Part shown: positions 1-5,814 of the stretch, piece by piece
Position numbering within the stretch: the stretch's first letter is position 1
How the letters are laid out: each line of letters starts with the position of its first letter
NCBI RefSeq assembly: GCF_001945605.1
Contig: NZ_MPKA01000066.1
Location: 1-22,588, forward strand
Direction of reading: 5' to 3'
DNA: 22,588 bases
Origin: Dubosiella newyorkensis
Lineage (GTDB): Bacteria > Bacillota_I > Bacilli_A > Erysipelotrichales > Erysipelotrichaceae
Notes under the pieces: generated by a model
The model's database searches: none
Seen by the model: the letters and a program-made list of their open reading frames with translations, nothing else
What the model was told of the DNA's origin: nothing
Made by a program: the position numbers and the translations under genes

Positions 1-250
1 AGAGGACATTGTCACGAAAGAGGAGAAAAAAAAGCAAATAAGTATCCAGAAGAAAAAGAGATTGATATTATATGGGACATTTTAAGAAAAAGGGGCTTAT
101 GTTTTTGCAAACTGTAAAACTCCCGTTCTTTGGGACAAAACATCTTTCATTGGAACATTTGGATCTTGCTTTGCATCATGGTCATCTTTTCTTTGCTGGC
201 CGCTATGTATATCGCTCAAGCGTATAAAAACGAAAAAACGACAAAATAAA

Positions 251-266
251 ATGCAAACGATTGCAT
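251..266. promoter_or_regulatory. candidate catabolite-responsive element (cre, CcpA operator) upstream of the ABC ATPase gene
   Basis: The sequence is ATGCAAACGATTGCAT, with inverted arms ATGCAA/TTGCAT around a central CG. It fits the Firmicute cre consensus WTGNAANCGNWNNCW at every defined position and lies about 80 nt upstream of the ATG at 345. Confidence 0.55.
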
Positions 267-344
267 ATTCCCTTCAAATTGTGAGAAAATAAAATAAATG
301 AAACCGCTTTTTCGAAGAAAGAATAAGGGCAATAAGGAGAAAAT

Positions 345-1496
345 ATGTCAGATCTTAATTTAAAACACATCAATAAGACGTATCCAAATGGATTTGTCGC
401 TGTAAAAGACTTCAATCTCGACATCAAAGATGGAGAATTCGTTATATTCGTTGGACCTTCTGGATGCGGTAAATCAACTACGCTAAGAATGATCGCTGGG
501 CTAGAAGATATCAGCGGCGGCGATTTGATGATCGATGGCAAACGCGTCAATGACGAAGAGCCAAAAGACCGCGATATCGCGATGGTGTTCCAAAGCTACG
601 CGTTATATCCACACATGACAGTTCGCCAAAATATGGAATTTCCATTAAAGATCGCGAAACTTCCGCAATCGGAAATCGATCAGCGTGTAGATGAGGCCGC
701 CAAGACATTAGGTTTGGAAAGTCTGCTCGACCGGAAGCCAAAAGCGCTTTCTGGTGGTCAAAGACAGCGTGTGGCCATGGGTCGCGCGATCGTTCGTCAC
801 CCTAAGGTATTGCTCATGGACGAGCCATTATCGAACCTTGATGCTAAGCTGCGTGGGCAGATGCGTGTCGAGATCTCTCGTCTTCACGAAAAGCTCAATT
901 CCACGATCATATATGTAACGCATGACCAAACAGAAGCGATGACATTGGGTGATCGCATCGTAGTTATGAGCGATGGCGAAGTGCAACAGATCGATACGCC
1001 ACAAAACTTGTATGATTCGCCCGCCAATAAATTCGTGGCCGGCTTTATCGGCGCTCCGCAAATGAACTTTATGGACGCGACGATCACAGAAAAGAACGGT
1101 GAAATGTTCGTGAAAGTCTCCGACCATCTCGTCAAGCTTCCAAAAGAAAAAGCGGATATTCTTCGCAAAAAAGGATTTGGAGATGGAAGAGATGTCACGA
1201 TCGGCATCCGTCCAGAAGATCTATGGGATTCGCCAGAAATGCTCGAGAAATTCAAAGACTCAACGGTGCATGGTACGGTGGAAGTGTATGAAATGCTTGG
1301 TTCCACAAGTAACTTGTATGTCGATATCGATGGGCATCAAGTCACTGCCACAGTAGAGCCTGACACGAAAAAACGAGTCGGCGATACAGTGACGCTTGCT
1401 TTTGACAACAATAAGATCCATGTGTTCGACAACGACACGAATGAAAACTTGCTTGTCGATCTCGATCCAGTCACAGGCGAATTACTCAAAAAATAA
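345..1496 (+). CDS. msmK: sugar ABC transporter ATP-binding protein, MsmK/MalK/UgpC type (stand-alone ATPase with no adjacent permease genes)
   Basis: 383-aa ORF with RBS AAGGAG 7 nt upstream. It carries Walker A GPSGCGKST, the Q-loop, ABC signature LSGGQRQR and Walker B LLMDEPLSNLD. The C-terminal half resembles the MalK-type regulatory (TOBE-like) domain. Confidence 0.88.
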   Translation: MSDLNLKHINKTYPNGFVAVKDFNLDIKDGEFVIFVGPSGCGKSTTLRMIAGLEDISGGDLMIDGKRVNDEEPKDRDIAMVFQSYALYPHMTVRQNMEFPLKIAKLPQSEIDQRVDEAAKTLGLESLLDRKPKALSGGQRQRVAMGRAIVRHPKVLLMDEPLSNLDAKLRGQMRVEISRLHEKLNSTIIYVTHDQTEAMTLGDRIVVMSDGEVQQIDTPQNLYDSPANKFVAGFIGAPQMNFMDATITEKNGEMFVKVSDHLVKLPKEKADILRKKGFGDGRDVTIGIRPEDLWDSPEMLEKFKDSTVHGTVEVYEMLGSTSNLYVDIDGHQVTATVEPDTKKRVGDTVTLAFDNNKIHVFDNDTNENLLVDLDPVTGELLKK

Positions 1497-1505
1497 CAAC
1501 CAATT

Positions 1506-1535
1506 AAAAAGATATCCGCGCGGATATCTTTTTTT
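1506..1535. terminator. bidirectional rho-independent terminator shared by the convergent msmK and isomerase operons
   Basis: Perfect 18-nt palindrome GATATCCGCGCGGATATC (1511-1528), flanked by an A5 run on the left and a T7 run on the right. Confidence 0.85.
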
Positions 1536-3264
1536 ATGCTTTTGGTTTTCGCACATAGGCGCGAATGACACCGATCGTTTTGTTCGTATTGTTGACGATC
1601 TTATAGTTTTTCACACTGGCTGGCACGATAAATGTTTCGGCATAGTGGACTTCGAACGGTTCAAAAGATCCATCCATGCTTTCGATCAGACAGCTTTGGC
1701 CCTCGATCAAATTGAGCATGTTCACATTGTCTTCGTTTTTGATAAGCACATCATCTTGGATCCAATAGCGTCTTGTTTCTATATATTCCAATTCATGAAG
1801 GCCTGTATGCTCTTCTTTGACATGCTCGTCTTCTTTGAGTGTATAGATCGCGTTGACAAGGTTCTTTTCGACCCAATGTGTTGTTCGATCCCATTGAATG
1901 TTTTTCTTTCCATGCTCGATATGGACTGGGCGTGGTTTTCCATCTAGTCCTACGCGCGCCCAATCCCAAAGCTTGAATGTAAAACAATACGGGGTGGCGC
2001 TGATTTCTAGGACCATCGCGTCTTTTCCAGAACAATGCGTCGTTCCTGCCGGGATCAAAAAGTGATCATGCTTTTTGGCTGGGAATTTATTGACATATTT
2101 TTCCGCGTCAAAAAGGATCTCTCCTCGATTGGCCGCTTCAAGGTCGGAAATCATTTCTTCAGGAACGACGCCTTCTTTCAAGCCAAGGTAGACACACGCG
2201 CCCTCTTTGGCATCAAGAATATAGTAGCTTTCATCTTGGGTATAGGCCATCCCGAACGTTCGATGAATGTATTCGGTGAGCGGATGGACTTGGAGCGAAA
2301 GATTTTGTCCGCCAATCGTATCAAGAAAGTCGAATCGGATCGGGAATTCAGCCCCAAAACGAGAATATACGCTCTTTCCTAAAAGGGCTTTTGGCTGATC
2401 GAGCACGAGATCCATGGCAGGCAGTTCGATATATCCATTTCCAAAATCGAGATAGATTGAATTTTCTTCAGGGACACCATCAAAACTCCAAGCGTAGTTT
2501 TCTTTGTCCGGGTCCAAGTTGCAGGCGCTCTTCATCCATTGTCCGCCCCAAACGCCTGGATCAAAATAAGGCACGAGCCGGAAAGGACGATGAGCCATTT
2601 GGATCAAGCCGTCTCGAACCGCTTTTCCAGACACCATTTTTATTTCGTTCATATCGTTGGTGTCGATGAAGTAATCGATTCGATCAAAGAACGTGCGTTT
2701 ATATTTGTCGGCGACACGCCATTCGATAAAGAAACCGCGCTTGATCTTTCTTAATGCGTCTTCGTCTTGGTTGTCGGCTAAAAAGTTGGGCATTCCTTGA
2801 CGATAGCGAAGGGTGATTTCCCAACGCGCTAAATCCAAATAGACAAGGAGTCCTTGGGCGATCAAATTGGCTCCGTAGCCATAGACAATGACTTTTTTTC
2901 CTTCTTGTCTAGCTTTCTGGGCTTGTTCTTGGAGCGCTTTTTTCTTGTCTTCCACGATGAAATTTTCGATTTCTCCATAATACATGCGTCCAAACACTCG
3001 ATCGTCGGTGATATGGTATTTTAATTGTTCATAGATCGTTTCTTGATCTTTGAACAGCTCGATCGCGTCGATCCATACATCGTGGGGGATCTTTTTGAGT
3101 TCGTGTTTTATTTCTTCATCATATACGCCTGGATACGTATCGATGACGAGGATGTCTTCCATCTTTTCTTGCAGTTGGGCAAGGATCGATTCCCAACCTT
3201 GGATAAGCTCTCCTTGGTGGCCTTCGATTTTTGTTTTTGGATATGGATCATATAAACTAGTCAT
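1534..3264 (-). CDS. class I mannose-6-phosphate isomerase family protein, long (~576 aa) form with an N-terminal extension domain
   Basis: 576-aa ORF with RBS AGGAGAAG upstream. It has a type I PMI-like zinc or catalytic motif LSLQVHP and IPAGTTHCSG...VLEISATP in the C-terminal two thirds. Its start overlaps the upstream cupin gene stop by 8 nt. Confidence 0.65.
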   Translation of the reverse strand: MTSLYDPYPKTKIEGHQGELIQGWESILAQLQEKMEDILVIDTYPGVYDEEIKHELKKIPHDVWIDAIELFKDQETIYEQLKYHITDDRVFGRMYYGEIENFIVEDKKKALQEQAQKARQEGKKVIVYGYGANLIAQGLLVYLDLARWEITLRYRQGMPNFLADNQDEDALRKIKRGFFIEWRVADKYKRTFFDRIDYFIDTNDMNEIKMVSGKAVRDGLIQMAHRPFRLVPYFDPGVWGGQWMKSACNLDPDKENYAWSFDGVPEENSIYLDFGNGYIELPAMDLVLDQPKALLGKSVYSRFGAEFPIRFDFLDTIGGQNLSLQVHPLTEYIHRTFGMAYTQDESYYILDAKEGACVYLGLKEGVVPEEMISDLEAANRGEILFDAEKYVNKFPAKKHDHFLIPAGTTHCSGKDAMVLEISATPYCFTFKLWDWARVGLDGKPRPVHIEHGKKNIQWDRTTHWVEKNLVNAIYTLKEDEHVKEEHTGLHELEYIETRRYWIQDDVLIKNEDNVNMLNLIEGQSCLIESMDGSFEPFEVHYAETFIVPASVKNYKIVNNTNKTIGVIRAYVRKPKA

Positions 3265-3814
3265 TTTTTCTTCTCCTAACGATTACTTCTCCATTTTCTT
3301 TATAGACCCGATACGGAAACGGGTGCTCTTCGATTCGTGCATAATCGTGTCCTGCGTTGGCAGGCCACACACAAATCACTTCAAGATCTTCGTTTCCAGT
3401 ATTGATGAGCCGGTGGGCGTGATGTCCATGAATATGATGAAGCGTGCCGACATGCATTTTTTCGCTCCAGCAATTTCCTTGCTCATCCATCAGCATCAAC
3501 AAACCTTCGCCTTTCGCACACCAATAGTATTCTTCGCAAGACAGATCATGATGGAAATGTCCTCGTGTCATATTGCATTCGCCATCGACCAAGACAGGAT
3601 GCAGCAAAGAAACGCCCCAATTGAGATGGCCAGCCGCTCCTTCAGGATCTAAAAAGGAAGTGACTTCGTACATACACGTATCGTTGGGCAATGTCGGATC
3701 GTAGGCTGCGTAAAAATCTTTCGCGTCTTGATAGAGTTTGATGGATTTCTGCATTTCCTTTCCGCACATTCCTTTTTCAAAGTCGTGAAACAAGGAAGAT
3801 TCGATGATGTTCAT
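3257..3814 (-). CDS. cupin-type (archaeal-type) glucose-6-phosphate isomerase, cPGI
   Basis: 185-aa ORF with RBS AAGGAGGG. The cupin metal motif TRGHFH...EEYYWCAKGEG...HGHHAHRLINTG and the tail WPANAGHDYARIEE...ENGEVIV align, from memory, block by block with Pyrococcus furiosus PGI (TKGHFH...EVYVALKGKG...PPYWAHRTVNIG...YPADAGHDYGTIAE...ENGEVKV). Confidence 0.85.
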   Translation of the reverse strand: MNIIESSLFHDFEKGMCGKEMQKSIKLYQDAKDFYAAYDPTLPNDTCMYEVTSFLDPEGAAGHLNWGVSLLHPVLVDGECNMTRGHFHHDLSCEEYYWCAKGEGLLMLMDEQGNCWSEKMHVGTLHHIHGHHAHRLINTGNEDLEVICVWPANAGHDYARIEEHPFPYRVYKENGEVIVRRRKND

Positions 3815-3851
3815 AATTCCCTCCTTAATTGATATATCATTATTACTTTAA

Positions 3852-3880
3852 ATTATAGGAGTCAAAAAAAAATCCGTCAA
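3852..3880 (-). promoter_or_regulatory. sigma-A type promoter of the cPGI-PMI operon
   Basis: On the minus strand: TTGACG (3880-3875), a 17-nt spacer, then TATAAT (3857-3852). It lies about 38 nt upstream of the ATG at 3814. The -35 element overlaps the stop codon and terminator of the upstream methyltransferase gene. Confidence 0.55.
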
Positions 3881-3896
3881 CTCTTTTTGGCGGATT
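3864..3896 (-). terminator. probable rho-independent terminator of the rpoN/methyltransferase transcript
   Basis: On the minus strand the stem is AATCCG (3896-3891) with CGGATT (3876-3871). The loop is about 14 nt and contains the stop codon, and a T9 run follows (3872-3864). The stem is short, so confidence is moderate. Confidence 0.45.
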
Positions 3897-4413
3897 TGCG
3901 TTTTTCAATCAAAAAAAGATATGGACTATCTTTCTTTAAATAATTTGTGATTTTCTGGATCCCGTATTGACGCGGATCAAGCGTTTTTAAAAAGCGTTCA
4001 ATTTCTTGTTGTTCTAGAGGACTGTTTTCATGCGCGTATAGGACAAGGGAAAGTCGTCCTTTTGGCTTGAGTCTTTGGATTGTTTTTTGGATCGCCTCGA
4101 TGCTAGAGCTCGCTTGCGTCGTGATCGAAGGATCAAGTCCTGGACAATAGCCAAAGTTGAAAATCGCCGCGTCTAAAGGCTCTTTGATATATCGATCGAG
4201 ATGAGCATGCGAATCCAAGATCCAAACAAGAGAAGATGGAATCGTCTTAGGTTTTAATTCGGGCTGGATTTCAAAAGCGTAGATCTTCTTGACGGGCTGG
4301 TCTAGAAAAAACCGGGTATCGGATCCATTGCCATACGTTCCATCGAGCACGATCGCTTGTTTATGCATCGCTTCTTGTAAAAAAGCGTGCGAAAGTTCGA
4401 CCATTGTTTTCAT
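3877..4413 (-). CDS. mnmM: class I SAM-dependent methyltransferase of the MnmM/YtqB family (tRNA mnm5s2U34 methyltransferase-like)
   Basis: 178-aa ORF. The SAM motif VLDGTYGNGSDTRFF, IYAFEIQ and FNFGYCPGLDPSITT parallel the B. subtilis YtqB blocks (IDATMGNGHDT, VYAFDIQ, FNLGYLPGGDKSITT), recalled from memory. Confidence 0.72.
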   Translation of the reverse strand: MKTMVELSHAFLQEAMHKQAIVLDGTYGNGSDTRFFLDQPVKKIYAFEIQPELKPKTIPSSLVWILDSHAHLDRYIKEPLDAAIFNFGYCPGLDPSITTQASSSIEAIQKTIQRLKPKGRLSLVLYAHENSPLEQQEIERFLKTLDPRQYGIQKITNYLKKDSPYLFLIEKRKSAKKS

Positions 4414-4506
4414 TTATATTCCTCTGCCTAGAAATAGAATACACCAAAAAATAAATTTCATTCAATAAAACTCTGAATAATTCAATCCCGTATAAAAATC
4501 AGGTCA

Positions 4507-5703
4507 CTATTTTCTTCTCTTAGATGCACTCTCAATTCCCAAGATCTTTCTATATTTATTAATAGCTCTTCTTGAAACATACAATCCTAACTCTTCCAAT
4601 TGATCACATAGCTGCTGATCACTGAATGGTTTATGTGGATCTTCTTGTTCGATCAACGTTTGAATCGCCTTCAAGATGGAATCTTGACTCGTCCCGCCTT
4701 TTGTCTTTGAAACAAACAATCCTTTGATAGGATAAATATTCCCTTCAAATTGATAATACTTGTTGGAAAGTGTTCGAGATACCGTTGATTCATGAAATCC
4801 GCTCTTCTGTGCTATATCTTGTAAAGTACATGGTTCAAGTTCATCGTGAAACAAAAAATGATTTTTCTGGATCGAAATAATCTCATTCGCTAAAATGAGG
4901 AGCGTACGATTGCGTTTATTCATCGCATCCATAAAGAAATGGGCTTCTTGAAAATAAGATTTAAGATTTTTATTCTCTTTTGGGATGTTGAGAATTTGGA
5001 GTTGTCCTTGTTGAATTGGTTCTATGTAAACATCTGCCCCTTCGACATGGATCGTAAAATCAGGAATCAGTATTTCTTCTTTTTCAGTTGCCTCCTGCAA
5101 ATTCGGATAAAGAGAGCAAGCACGAATTTTATCTAATGCTTCTTCAATTTCTTTTAGCGTTGCCCCCTCTCTTCTTGCAATTTCTTTCCAAGAAAGCAGT
5201 TCTTTTCCTTGCCCATATTTTTTTAATAGATGAGATGCGAACGTTTCTTTCTTTCGATCAAGCTGTAGAATGATACACTCGCTTTGATTCCGAGCGGCTA
5301 TTCCTGCTGGATCTAGAGATTGAACTTGTTTGAGGGATCCTTTCCATCTATCTTCTGAGCAATTAAGGTAAGCTATGCTTTCTTCTTCTGAATCCATAAA
5401 CATTCCTTTTTCATTTAATGTTTCTATAATAAAACTACAGATCGTTGGATCGAATGTTTCTTCATTCGTATTCAACTGCCGATATAAGTCTTCTTTCCAA
5501 GAAACTGGCGCCGCAAATCCTTCTTCGATCCACTCATTGAGATCTTTACTTTGATGATATTCAATAAACGGATTTTGTTCACAAAGCTCTTTGATCGCAT
5601 CCTGCAATTGGGCTTCACTCATTCTTAAAACTTCTAAAGAACGTTGTTGAGAAAGCGACAATTGTTGAGTCTGTGTCTGTTTTTGAATCATTTTTTGGTG
5701 CAT
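4507..5703 (-). CDS. rpoN: RNA polymerase sigma-54 factor (RpoN/SigL), a short 398-aa form
   Basis: The Gln-rich region I reads MIQKQTQTQQLSLSQQRSLEVL. The C-terminal HTH is HESTVSRTLSNKY and the RpoN box is SRRAINKYRKILGI. RBS AAAGGAG lies 7 nt upstream. Confidence 0.92.
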   Translation of the reverse strand: MHQKMIQKQTQTQQLSLSQQRSLEVLRMSEAQLQDAIKELCEQNPFIEYHQSKDLNEWIEEGFAAPVSWKEDLYRQLNTNEETFDPTICSFIIETLNEKGMFMDSEEESIAYLNCSEDRWKGSLKQVQSLDPAGIAARNQSECIILQLDRKKETFASHLLKKYGQGKELLSWKEIARREGATLKEIEEALDKIRACSLYPNLQEATEKEEILIPDFTIHVEGADVYIEPIQQGQLQILNIPKENKNLKSYFQEAHFFMDAMNKRNRTLLILANEIISIQKNHFLFHDELEPCTLQDIAQKSGFHESTVSRTLSNKYYQFEGNIYPIKGLFVSKTKGGTSQDSILKAIQTLIEQEDPHKPFSDQQLCDQLEELGLYVSRRAINKYRKILGIESASKRRK

Positions 5704-5728
5704 AAAGATCTCCTTTCAATCTTATACT

Positions 5729-5744
5729 AGCAAGATTTGTGCCA
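5729..5744 (-). promoter_or_regulatory. sigma-54 (-24/-12) promoter immediately upstream of rpoN itself
   Basis: The minus strand reads TTGGCAC-AAATC-TTGCT-AGTATAAGATTGAAAGGAGATCTTTATG. GG is at 5743/5742 and GC at 5731/5730, with canonical TGGCAC-N5-TTGC spacing. It shares the extended TTGCTnGTATA....TGAA pattern with the two PTS promoters. The predicted TSS is near 5718, just ahead of the RBS. Confidence 0.7.
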
Positions 5745-5768
5745 ACTTTTTTAACCCTTTTTCTAAGT

Positions 5769-5797
5769 TTGACATCTATTTTTATTGCTTCTATACT
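5769..5797 (+). promoter_or_regulatory. sigma-A type promoter of the LevR-like activator gene
   Basis: Consensus TTGACA (5769-5774), a 17-nt spacer, then TATACT (5792-5797). RBS AGGTGA (5804-5809) and ATG 5815 follow directly, so the leader is very short. Confidence 0.65.
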
Positions 5798-5814
5798 CGA
5801 TTTAGGTGATTCAA

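Noticed and set aside
130-249. A 39-codon TTG-initiated ORF encoding a hydrophobic peptide (..WNIWILLCIMVIFSLLAAMYIAQAYKNEKTTK) upstream of msmK. Also short partial reading frames at the extreme left edge (1-117).
   Set aside because: There is no RBS, the start codon is non-ATG, and the ORFs are too short to evaluate without homologues. They could be the tail of a small membrane protein, but the window alone does not support that.
884-1306. Long antisense or alternative-frame ORFs in the six-frame track. Examples are 203-550, 828-1127, 884-1306, 1396-1947, 2035-2382, 3050-3652, 5615-5914, 9568-9973, 11139-11516, 17077-17421, 17223-17765, 18922-19224 and 20369-20713.
   Set aside because: Each lies entirely within, or opposite, a well-supported gene with recognisable family motifs. 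They have low-complexity or Arg/Ser/Cys-rich translations and lack RBSs. They are shadow ORFs.
3257-3264. The near-identical 8-nt overlap junctions ATGACTAG (cPGI/PMI) and ATGACTAA (padR/DUF1700, 17665-17672).
   Set aside because: The two junctions encode unrelated proteins that both begin Met-Thr. I treat the similarity as coincidence between two ordinary translational-coupling overlaps rather than a shared element.
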